64,000 nucleotides of DNA from the NCBI RefSeq assembly GCF_001194135.2, contig NC_068982.1, positions 11,723,080-11,787,079 on the forward strand, read 5' to 3'. Shown here one piece after another: positions 13,357-24,599 of this stretch. Origin of the DNA: Octopus bimaculoides. Taxonomy: Eukaryota. Position numbers and translations under genes: made by a program. The notes below the pieces were generated by a model. The model did no database searches. It saw only the letters and a list, made by a program, of their open reading frames with translations, and was not told the DNA's origin. How positions within the stretch are numbered: the first letter of the stretch is position 1; every line of letters begins with the position of its first letter.

Positions 13357-13402
13357 GACACCTGATGAAGGCTGGAGGGTATATCAGCTGGAACATTGTG
13401 TT
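13357..13402 (+). ncRNA. hammerhead-like motif, right arm (GAAA to GGAA)
   Basis: gacac-CTGATGA-a-ggctg gagggtatat cagct-GGAA-catt-gtgtt. Confidence 0.5.
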
Positions 13403-14779
13403 AACAACAAACAAGATGAGGACAAATATCCATTAAATGTAAATAATGTAAATAATGTACAGAATTCCTCATCTCCTAAATATAAAACTGAATAACTTGA
13501 ATGTGTCTGATTTTGATTGGAAGACTATAGTCTATATGGCATCTTATCCCAGTTTGACTGAAAAGAATTTCACGTGCGTGAAGCCAGCAGCTTGCAGATT
13601 GTATTTTAATGGTTATCATGAAATCAACCAACTATGAACTTATACCGATTTTGAAAGTAAATTCCTCATTTCTCCTGTATTTACATTCTGGGTTTCAATT
13701 CTCTCAAGGTCTACTCTGCTTTTCGTCCTTTCTGGGGTTGATGAAATAAATCCCAGTTTAGCACAGGGGACAATGTAATCAATTTTTTTTCCTTTTCCAG
13801 AATTTAAGGGATTCTGACTATAACCAGAAAGATTTTTAATTTCAGAAATAAACTATTTTGCAGCTTTATGTTAAATTCATTTCGGGAGCTTGCTTGATAG
13901 ATATGGTTTACTTGTGAGAGCAAAAGTGTTTTTACTGCTGGTTGTCCTTCTTCATGCTAACCAGTCAATGATGAAATAAAAATGGAACATGTTTGCTGTT
14001 CAGTCATGCAAAACATTGACAGTAGAGAAAAAAGAAAACCGAAAAAAACCCCCCTGAACTTATGACCATTGTCCAGCATTGATCAATAGTGATCAGTAAG
14101 CCAGTAGCTTAACAGTGCATCTATTGTACCTCACTTAAACAAAACAATTTCAGAATTCATCAAATTGATTGATTCAATTGAGTCAAGTAAAAGAGAAATC
14201 ATTTTTGGGATTGGTCCTATTATCTAGAGTTCATTGGTTAAATTACTGAATAAGTGGCTTTGACATTTCTTTAGTTGTATTTTGCTCTGGAGGTTATATA
14301 TTAACCTGTTTTGTTACTATAACAAATTAAATTTCTTAGGCGTGTCAAAGAGATTAATTTGTTTATACTAACGAGATAAAAGTACAATATTTTTTTTTAT
14401 AGATTTTCAATAATAAATAATAGTATATTTTTTTTTTATCATCTGAAAGGTTAACCTTTAACACAAAATATTAATTGAACTGGTTGAAAAATAAAATTGC
14501 AACTATTAGAAATAATATCGTTATCAAATCATTATCAATCGTCATTCAGCATTTTAATGTCTGTTTTTCCATACTGGTTTAGGTCGGACAGTGGGTTGGC
14601 TATGTTTACCATGTAGCTTATCACCAAACATCTTAGTCTTTCATCTCCAGACTTATTTGTGCTCTTCTTTTTCAACACTTCAAACATTATCCAATTTACG
14701 TATCTTTAACTTCATATTTTTACGTATTTTTAACTTCACATTTGTTAAGTAAATTACCCTCAACCCATACAAATTGCAT

Positions 14780-14941
14780 AGGTACAGGCATAGCTGTGTA
14801 GTAAGAAGTTTGCTTCCTAACCACATGGTTCCAGGTTCAGTCCTAATGTGTGGCACTTTGGACAAGTGTTTTCTACCATAGCCTTGGTCCACCCTAAACC
14901 TTGTGAATATGTTTGGTAACAGAAACTGAAAGAAGCCTGTC

Positions 14942-14992
<51 letters not shown>

Positions 14993-15188
14993 TGTGTCTA
15001 TGTTTGTCCCTCACCATTGCTTGACAACCAAAGTTGGTGTGCTTACATATCAGATAACTTAGTGGATCAACAAAAGGAACCAATAGACTAAGTACCAAGC
15101 CTAAAAAATGATAAGCACTGGGGTGTCAATTCATTTGACTTAAATCATTCAAGGTGTTGCTGCAGCATGACCTGAAACAAATAAAAAA
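14780..15188 (+). mobile_element. SINE family A
   Basis: Head aggtacaggcatagctgtgtagtaag, B-box ggttcagtcc, (TA)(TG)n, 3' body. Confidence 0.8.
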
Positions 15189-15857
15189 GGTGAAACACTA
15201 TATATGAAGTTTGAAATGTTGAGGTATATTGAGAAAATATATTACAACAGATTATTCAGCTTTTGATACTCTTGGATCCAGAATCAAGATTACTCCTGCA
15301 AAAGTGTTTTATTAAGATTATTATTTGAAAGTAAGAAATGTTTAAATGGTTCTAAGATAGGGATGTACCTAACCATATCAATTACATTGTTGTACTGTTG
15401 CCTAAAGCCGTGCCAGTGCAATTCTTGAAGTGAATTTCCTGTATTTGGCATGTGTATATTGTGTTGATTTTGAGTAGCATCAGTAATACTTTTAGGATTG
15501 GAATACATTTTCATAGACAGAATAAAAGAAATTGGCAAAGTCAAAGCAGTATATTTCTATTGATAGATATGCGTATTAGTTGAATGTAATTCTTGACCAA
15601 GTGTTGTATTTTAAATGAGAAGCTGCTGCCAGTCTTTTACTAAAGGATTATTTTGTAGTTCTTTAACTGTAATGTAATAGAGCATTTCTTCCTAAGCTAC
15701 TCTAAAAAAAAAAATAAAAAAAATGTTAAGTTTTGGAATTGTTCCATAAAGCAACAAATGCCATTATAAGAATATCCTCATTAACTATTGTGTATTTGTA
15801 ATGAAGCAAAATAGAACCGATTTTGAATTGTGAGAAAGTGGTCACAATATCCTTTTA

Positions 15858-16042
15858 AATTCTTTTATTCTTTTCAGTCATTTGATTACGGCCATGTTGG
15901 AGCATTGCCTTTAGTCGAACAAATCAAGCACCAGGACTTATTCTTTGTAAGCTTAGCCCTTATTCCATTGGTCTCTTTTGCCGAACCAATAATCTACAGG
16001 GATGTAAACACACCAACATCAGTTGTCAAGTGATGTGGGGCG

Positions 16043-16095
<53 letters not shown>

Positions 16096-16257
16096 ATGGG
16101 CTTCTTTCAGTTTCCTTCTATCAAATCTCCTCACAAGGCTTTGCTTGGCCGGAGAGTATAGTAGAATACACTCGACCAAGGTGCCACATGGTGGGACTGA
16201 ACCTGAAACCTTGTGGTTGGGAAATAAGCTTCTTACCACACAGCCATACCTGCACCT
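15858..16257 (-). mobile_element. SINE family A
   Basis: Same architecture as 8483-8917. Confidence 0.85.
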
Positions 16258-16391
16258 AAAAACACAAATCCGTTGGTATTTACTATTTTTTAAATGTTTG
16301 TCAAGTTCCAGTTTTAATGTTTAATCTAATATTAAATTCAATTCAACTTTTTTTTTAAATACACCTTACATGAATGCATATGTGTGTGTGT

Positions 16392-16604
16392 GTGCATCTG
16401 TCTATCCCTCACTAGCATTTGACAACCAGTGTTGGTGTGTTTACATCCTTGTAACTTGGTGGTATGGCAGGGGCGGCCGATAGAACGAGTACCAGGCTTT
16501 CAGAAAATAAGTACTGGTGTTGGTTCATTCGACTAACAGTTCTGCAAGGTGGTGTCCCAGTATGAACACAGTCTGGTGAGTGAGACAAGTAAAAGATAAA
16601 AGAT
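16392..16604 (+). mobile_element. SINE family A, 3' half
   Basis: gacaaccagtgttggtgtgtttacatcc...gagacaagtaaaagataaaag. Confidence 0.65.
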
Positions 16605-17340
16605 GTATATATATAAGTATGTGTGTGTGTGTGTGTGTGTGTGTGTATGAATAACTGACATTATGTCTTTAATAAATAGAATATCTAATTAATTCATCAG
16701 AGCATTCAAGCAAATCTGTTTTAACCTACTCTACACAGTGAATTTTATTCTAAAATTAAACTTTGGCAAGTTCCTCAGTCCAAAAATAACATCAACAATT
16801 CTCCATAAAAACACAAAGAAAATAAAAATATATTCAAAACAAGTTACAATGATTAAAGTTAAAAAGAGGCTCTGTAATCTTGACATGTTTTTCTCTGAGA
16901 GAATTCTGTACATTTGTCTTACTTTATCTCTTCAAATAAGAAATGGTGGTGCCATCAGACAGCCACAACAATATCTTGTTTCTGGTAATTTAGTATATAT
17001 TTACTATTTCTGTCAAAGATTTAGTGTTATATGGTGTAATTTAAATTATATCCTATCATATAACTCTTTGGTCTCTAAACTACACACAATTCAAGTATAA
17101 TAATTGTTGCTAAGAATATTTCTCTTGATGTTTCTATAGATTACTATCTTGATTAGAATTCTCTCTCAAGCTGAGAAGATATTTTATTTTAGGCATTTTG
17201 TGATTAAAATCACTTTATAGCTACATTTCTTTTTTCTTTTATTATTTCTTCTGAAATTAAGGTTACATGGAAGTAGTTAGTTAGTCTTGGCAGCTGTGGA
17301 TATTGTTTTCCAAATTGTAAAATATTAAATTTTGGGGGAG

Positions 17341-17957
17341 GGGATAAGTCTGTCATACCGACTCCAGTATTCAACTGGTACTTATTTTATCGACTCTGTA
17401 AGGATGAAAAGAAAAGTCGACTTCTGCAGAATTTGAACTCAGAACCAAAAGACAGATGAAATGATATTAAGCATTTTGGCTGGCGGCCCGAGACCTTTGG
17501 AAATGGGCTGTGCGTGAGAAGACCCGGCAAGCCAAGTAAGATCGTTGCCAGTGCCCCTGGACTGGTTCTTGTGCGGGTGGCACATGAGATGCACCATTTT
17601 GAGCGTGGCCGTTGCCAGTACCGCCTGACTGGCTCCTGTAGGATTTTCGAGCGAGATCGTTGCCAGTGCCCCTGGACTGGCTTGTGCGGGTGGCACATAA
17701 AAGACACCATTTCGAGCGTGGCCGTTTTCGTGCGGGTGACACGTAAAAGCACCCACTACACTCTCTGAGTGGTTGGCGTTAGGAAGGGCATCCAGCTGTA
17801 GAAACTCTGCCAAATCAGATTGGAGCCTGGTGTTGCCATCCGGTTTCACCAGTCCTCAGTCAAATCGTCCAACCCATGCCAGCATGGAAAGCGGACGTTA
17901 AACGATGATGATGATGATGATGATGATGATGCTAACGATTCCGCCAGCTTGCCATCT
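17341..17957 (-). mobile_element. SINE family C, split by an RTE 3' fragment
   Basis: actggtacttattttatcgac...aatttgaactcagaac...gcattttggctggcg, resuming after the insert at gctaacgattccgccagcttgcc. Confidence 0.7.
17487..17930 (+). mobile_element. RTE-LINE 3' end (family B) inserted in SINE C
   Basis: Begins with gacctttggaaatgggctgtg (DLWKWAV), homologous to the RTE ORF end near 60960-61000; (GAT)n tail. Confidence 0.8.
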
Positions 17958-18166
17958 TTATAAAATATATAATATTGTCATAATATAAAAATAAAATTTT
18001 AATAAATCAGAATTCTGGTGACCTGGAGGTTGAAGGTTTGAATCTCCCTAGAGCCTTGATTATGTTCTTTTCTTAAGCAGTGCCCTAGCATAGCCACAGT
18101 TCAATGACTGAAACAAGAAAAGAACAAAAGATATTAATGAATCTCAAAGACATTATGGAAACTTAA

Positions 18167-18386
18167 CCCTTTACCATTTAAATGGGCTGTGTCTGGCCCA
18201 AATATTCTACTCGTTTTATGTTCAAACTGGCCATATCTGGCCTCTCACATCTACCCTACAATGTCATTCTGAAAATATACAATCACATCTTTGAAATCTC
18301 AAAGCAACATGATAATGCATGATTAATTTAGAACAGTGTGAAGAAATAAGTATTACAATTAGCAAAGTAATCTAAATGCTAAAGAG
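18167..18386 (+). mobile_element. piggyBac-like MITE P1
   Basis: TTAA|CCCTTTACCATTT ... AATGCTAAAGAG|TTAC. Confidence 0.65.
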
Positions 18387-18480
18387 TTACAGAATGTTCT
18401 CTGTTATCTTCATTTCAGCTTAGAAGCAATAATGCCATAGAGAGTTAAATGCAATGCTATGCTTCATTTCTGTACCTGGC

Positions 18481-19880
18481 TTGCAAGATGCTTCATGCGA
18501 ATTTGTGTGTTGAAACAAATTTTGCTGTGTCTAGGGAGAGTCATTATGCGAATATTATTCACACATGCACTTGTTCAATTCCACTTCTTTCCTATTAGTC
18601 AATTAGTTAAATATCCAACTAACTAATCGATTGTTTGTCTAATTTGGTTAAACAGTAAGTTGTGGTTTTTAATATGCATACATCATCATTATCTTCGTCA
18701 TCATATAACGGCTGAATTTTATGTCATTGCAATGCTTATATCATTTAAGTTCCTAATGTTTGTTTTGAAATATTTATACGTTAGATGAACTCCTCTATCA
18801 CTGATATTTTGTAACAACTCATTAAGAGAAAAATTAATTGCCTTGTCACTGAGAATGCTTTGATATTACTGTCATTTAGTTGAATTTAATATGCATCATG
18901 AAATTAATAAAAATGTGTTGTTTATATGTATAACATATATATCCTAATTTTTAGAAGTGATACAGCATATTGTGGCATGTTGTAAGAGGCCATTAAAAGG
19001 TTTGCCATCTTAAAGAACATCCAACTATAAAACTCAACCTCGAAAATGTTCTGTCCAGTCCATGTCAACATGGAAAAGCAGATGTGTATAATGATGATGA
19101 AGATACTGATGATGCATGCATGTACAAACACCCCTCTCTTTCTCTTTCTAGCCATTCATCTGTCTGTCTGTCTATCATTTTGTCTTTATTTTTTGCAAGA
19201 TTTTCAATGTGAAGCCATGTGTTAATAGATATTGTTATTCTCTGAGAGGTTCATTCAACCAATATGAACACGCACTATTTACAATTCACTTCTTTATTGT
19301 TAACTACTCCATTAATTTTCGATTAATTTGTTGGCTTGTTAAAAAAAATTTTTGTCACGCCTATCTGTAACCATCTCAATCAGCTTCTTTCTGCAACTGA
19401 TTCCCATCTTGTTATTTTTATGCTGTTAAACATCATTTGTATTTGTGTTACTGTGTGTGTGTGTGTGTGTGTGTGTGGAACTGGTGTTGCTGTGTGTGTT
19501 TTGTGGTAGCCACTGTTGATGAGTGTGTGTCTGTGCATTGTTTTTATTTTTCAAGTTCGTTAATCTCTATATAAATTTCTTTTTAATTTAAAAAAATTTT
19601 TTAGCTTGGTATTTCTTATTTTTGAATTGCAGTTTCACCTGAAGTGGAGTTGATGTTCTTGCCGCAGTGATTGTAAGTCTCTTGCTAGCTTGACTAGAGT
19701 TTGTGACATTTCATTTTGTATTCATTTTTGCAAGATTTCTCATGTGAAACTGGGTGTTGAAACAGATTGTTGTGTTTTGGGAGCATCATGTACTAATAAA
19801 ACACACACGTACTAATCACAGTTCACTTGTTTATTGCTAACTAATCCATTAACTATTGATTAGTTTGTTTAGTCTCTTGT
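18481..19880 (+). repeat. three same-orientation copies of an unclassified ~150-bp repeat (about 18481-18645, 19191-19345, 19727-19880)
   Basis: Shared ttgcaaga...gtgttgaaaca...attcactt...gattaattt/gattagttt backbone. Confidence 0.55.
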
Positions 19881-19979
19881 GATATAATCTGCTGATTGCA
19901 AATATTTTAATAGCATCTGCTTCGTTAATTGTTATGATTCTGAGATTTTTTTCTTATTTTTGACTCTGTTGAATTACAA

Positions 19980-20600
19980 GATTACACTATGTGAAATATT
20001 CATCAAGGATTGACAACTTTCCTGCTTGATGCTCCAAACTTGCACTTTGTGGACTGTGATCCTTATTTCCTTATCCAATTTTTTTAAATATTTTTTTTTA
20101 TATTTTGAGTTGTGCTTTGAGTACTGTCCACTTCTGTTGCATACCGTGGAAATATAGTTTGCCCATGTCATTTTGATGTCTAGTGTTACCAAGACTTTCA
20201 TATTGCTTCTGCATAGCCTTCAATTTCCATGGTGGAATTCAAGACCTGATGGACTTCTTTCCTTTGATAAAAGCAATTGTTTTTCACTTTGATGGCTTAC
20301 ATGTTTATAGTCCAGTCATTCATCCAGTTCCCTTTTACCCAATGGTGTAAGCAGTGTATCTGTCAGTAAAGAAGCACAGCTTGTATTCATAGGCATTTAC
20401 TAGAACATGAATTAAAGCTGATAATAGAAGTAGGTGGAATATTGAGCTGCGTGGCATTGACACATTAATGGGGGATGGATCAGAAAAGTGATTTAGAAGG
20501 GAGAATTTGATAGATCTCCTGTTAAGATAACTTTGCAACCCCTGAATATCTTCCATGAATTTCTGCTTGGTATAAAAGTCAAACTGTCAAATGTTTCTTT
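19980..20600 (-). pseudogene. decayed CR1/L2/Jockey-like reverse transcriptase
   Basis: SDPSPINVSMPRSSIFHLLLLSALI resembles SGVPQGSILGPLLFL; LCFFTD resembles LFADD; KVLVTLDIKMTWANYISTVC resembles KDLGVT.D.KL.W..HI. Confidence 0.65.
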
Positions 20601-20806
20601 GATATCTGAACTCTACTTCACACTCACTGATCTGTTTCTAAGTAATTGTTCTGCTGTGGTTTGATTGCTTGTTGAATTGTCTTCCAAAAGTGAATCATTT
20701 TTTAGAAAAGATTGCCAGATGTTTTTGAAATATGTAGAATATAAATTTCTCTCTACAAGAAAGAAAATGACTTGAATAAAAGTGTTTTGTATTTAAATTG
20801 TATATG

Positions 20807-21175
20807 GTATCGTATCGTGGGACTCTGTCGGTTGTGACGATGAGGGTTCCAGTTGATCCAATCAATGGAACAGCCTGCTCATGAAATTAACGTGCAAGTG
20901 GCTGAGCACTCCACAGACACGTGTATCCTTTATGTAGTTCTCAGGGAGATTCAGCATGACACAGAGTGTGAAATACAGGTACAACAGGAAGAAAGAGTGA
21001 GAGAAAGTTGTGGTGAAAGAGTACAGCAGGGTTCGCCACCATCCCCTGGCAGAGCCTCGTGGAGCTTTAGGTGTTTTCACTCAATAAACACTCACAACGC
21101 CCGGTCTGGGAATCGAAACCGTGATCCTTTGACTGCCAGTCTGCTGTCCTAACCACTGGGCCATTGCATCTCCAC
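20807..21175 (-). mobile_element. tRNA-headed SINE family D
   Basis: Head gtggagatgcaatggcccagtggttagg...gtttcgattccc; body matches 61410-61799. Confidence 0.85.
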
Positions 21176-21481
21176 AGTATGATATATGCAACAGACATAC
21201 ACTTGAACTAGGATTTATAAAAAAAGCAAAATGAGAAGGAGAAACCTTTGTAGTGTCTCCAAGACTGATGGAAGATGAAGAGAGGAAGCGAAACATGACT
21301 CAGAGGTTGATACAGTAGTAAGTGGTGCACCAATATACTGAATTATATAACTTCGGACCATATTGAACTCATTTGAATGATTGCAAGAGAGTGGTCTCTG
21401 CTAAAAGCATCCAAGAGCCAGGAAGTAGTGTTAAAGTGAGTAATATTTGGATATTTAAAGGCACAATATTTAAATATTTAT

Positions 21482-21640
21482 AGGTACAGGCATGGCTGTG
21501 TGGTAAAGTTTGCTTCCCAACCACATGGTGCTGGGTTCAGTCTCACTGTGTGGCATCTTGGGCAAGTGTCTTCTTCTACAGCCTCAGGCGAACCAAAGCC
21601 TTGTGAGTGGATTTGGAAGCCTATTGTGTGTGTGTGTGTA
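21482..21640 (+). mobile_element. SINE family A, 5' half
   Basis: Head and core, then (TG)n. Confidence 0.7.
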
Positions 21641-23915
21641 AAAGTGTTTTACTTGAGCAATGTCTATGACAAAATCAGACACAGAAGTGAGAGGACAAAT
21701 ATCAGGATGAGATGACAACGTACTAAAACCATTGATAGTATGTTGTACAATAGACCAGTCCAAACAATGCCACCACAAAAATTATAAATGTTAAATGATA
21801 ATAATATATCCTAAAAATTAATTTACAATACAAGTTGTCTAAATAATTTAAGACCAGACATAACATTTTAGAATAAAAGAAATAAACTTCAAAATAATTT
21901 TAGGTTTATATAAAATAATTTACATGTGTTTGTGTAAATTATATTTGCTTCTGTTGTTGAAGCAAATGAAAATGGATTGATGCCTTTCAAGTTATTGACT
22001 ATTTAGTCCTTATATCAATAGGAAAGGTTTAGATCAGGAATTGGGGAATGTTTTTTTTTATAAATCTGAAGGTCACATTGAAAATAAGTATATTTTAATA
22101 AGCTTGTATTGAAGAACATTTTATTATGAGTTGTAAAGAAAGAGTATGATCATATTGTGAAAATGTAATTATGAAACATTAAAGTTAGGAATACCAATGA
22201 AACTGTCTTATATTTTTTATGATGTTCTTAAATTATCACAAATATATGTAACGCTATACAATCAACAAAAAATGTATTTTTTTCATACAAAACCAGGAGG
22301 CTGCATTTAAGAGCATCAAAAGCTGTAAGTGCTCCACCTTTAGTTTAAATAGTGTTTTAAAGTTATATTCAAGCTGTAACAATATTTCTACTTCTATGAA
22401 TTAATTATAATTCCATGTGACAATAATTTATTTTCTCATCACCATAATTATTATTTTTAGAATAATGGCTGGAAATTTAGCTTCATCTTTTAATTTTGGA
22501 AATCTATGCAAATGGATGTTTAATTTCCATTTAATTTTAGATATGAATATGCAAATAGAAAACATTACCCAGTTTACAATCAGTTTGGTAACGTTTGTAT
22601 TGGTATAATCATGTACAAATAATTAGGAAAATAATCCTACTTAATTACTAGTATTATTATAAACTTCTATCACAGTTATGTCATCATTAAAGAATGTTTG
22701 CAACTGCCGCACTGAAGCAAATATCAGTTGATGTTGTCATATCTCTAAATCGTTATTTTTTAAATATTTTTGTTTACCGTCTCTTCATTTCTATGAAATA
22801 TTCTTCTACCTCTGCATGGTTTTTGATAAAAGATGGAATAATAATGTTCAGATCTTAAAATACAACTCCCATCGGGGTCAAGTAATTTTCCAGATATCAA
22901 ATGCTTTTCTAGAATTTTACTCAATTCCATCCGCTGTAATAATTTAAGTAATTTATCAAAGGAATTTCAAACACCATTTTTATTTTTTACTTCATATTTG
23001 TGTTGCCTCCTCCCTTAGACATTCATCATCCAGTTATACTGATGAGTCATTTGTTTAATCAAAGCACTTAATCAGTTGCTGAATTTATGAATTAAGAGTT
23101 AACAACCAAGTCAGCAGTATTTTTGATGAAGTTTTACCAAGTTGCTCTTTCATTACAACCTTTCAATTTTGTGATATTCACTGACCCATTGGCAAAAGTC
23201 GTGAAATCTCACTTGGTGCATATCTCACTGTCTTAAAAAAATGGACATGTTAGATAATGTAGACCTAGATTCAGCTGAGTAAAAGAAGAAATAATCATGG
23301 CTGGAATATTCTTGAACAAACATTGACACAGATAGGGCTGACCAGGGGCTAAAACAGCAACAATAGCATGTGAATAATATTTGGATTGTAAAACTGATTC
23401 TTTCCTATACATGCTTGTCTTTTCAATATTTTTGATTGCAATTTATTTGGAAGTTTTGCTAGTGTGTTCATTTTTAGGTTTGGTTTTATTTGGGTTAAGT
23501 ACAGGAGAAAACTCTGGACATGTTTCTGATTCGTAATAGCCTCACCAGCAAATCAACCTTATCTATATTTTAAGAAGTAGGGTTAAGAGAATTACTAAAT
23601 AAATATGCAAAATTGTGAATTAGTGAGAAGAAGAAAATAGACTTGTTTAGAGATTATGTAATTCAAAATGATATCAGCATTGGTGAAGGCTATGCTTTGC
23701 TGATAAGGCCATGATAAGACTGTACTGTAATCTATCCTGAATTATCTTCCATACTTGCTGGATTATGATAATGATATCAATCAATGACTAGCATTATTTT
23801 TTCTTATCACAAAAACATAATTATTTATTTCTAGTTAGGTTTTAATGTTCCCCACAGTGAATATGTTAACACTACTAACTTGCCTGTTGTCTTTTTAGTG
23901 AATGGTATCTTTAGA

Positions 23916-24320
23916 TTCATCATCCTCATCTTTTAACGTCCATTGTCCATGCTGGCATGGGCTGGATGGTTTGACCGGGCTAGCATGCTGGAAGGCTGCA
24001 CCAGACTCCAGTCTGATGGCATGGTTTTCTTTGGTTGGATGCTCTTCCTAATGCTAACCACACCGAGAGTGTAATGGGTGCTTTTATGTGTCACCAGCAT
24101 GGGTACCATTTGCGTGACACCGGGGTGCTTTTATGTGCCACCGGCACAGGTGCCAATTTGCGTGACGCCAATATCTGCCATGACTGCAATTTTGCTCGGC
24201 TTCATGGGTCTTCTTCTCAAGCACAACATAATGCCAAACATCTTGGTCATTGCCTCTGTGAGGCCCAACCCTCGAAAGAAACTCAGCCACTTTGCCTCCA
24301 TGAGGCCCAATATTGCCTCT
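23916..24320 (-). mobile_element. RTE-LINE 3' end (family B), carrying about 1.5 copies of the 42-bp unit
   Basis: (atc)n tail; tgcctctgtgaggcccaac shared with the RTE near 61015. Confidence 0.75.
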
Positions 24321-24381
24321 CTGATTTTCTATTTGTGTAAAAGCTAAAAAGAAATAAGAATAGAAAGCTGTGTTAGATGTA

Positions 24382-24599
24382 TGAGGGAGTGCTGAAAAGT
24401 TCCTGGTTTTAAGGGTATTGTGAAAGGCCTGGTTGGAGGCCCAACCTTTCGAGTTCTTTTACAGGACTTAGAAAAACTGAAGGACCACTGCAATAAGTGT
24501 GTGAATCTCAGAGGGCAATATGTTGAGTAAAACCATAATTAACTGATTCTCCTGTATTTTCTTTTTACCCAGAGCCAGGAACTTTTTAGCAGCCCCTTG
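24382..24599. mobile_element. Tc1/mariner-type MITE, uninterrupted
   Basis: TA|tgagggagtgctgaaaagttcctgg ... ccaggaactttttagcagccccttg|TA. Confidence 0.85.

Larger units (their letters stand above)
12968..13450. repeat. ~480-bp imperfect palindrome made of two head-to-head copies of a tRNA-headed SINE-like element (family E)
   Basis: Arms about 235 bp, about 16 mismatches by manual comparison outside the (AAT)n tract; centre near 13206. Confidence 0.9.
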
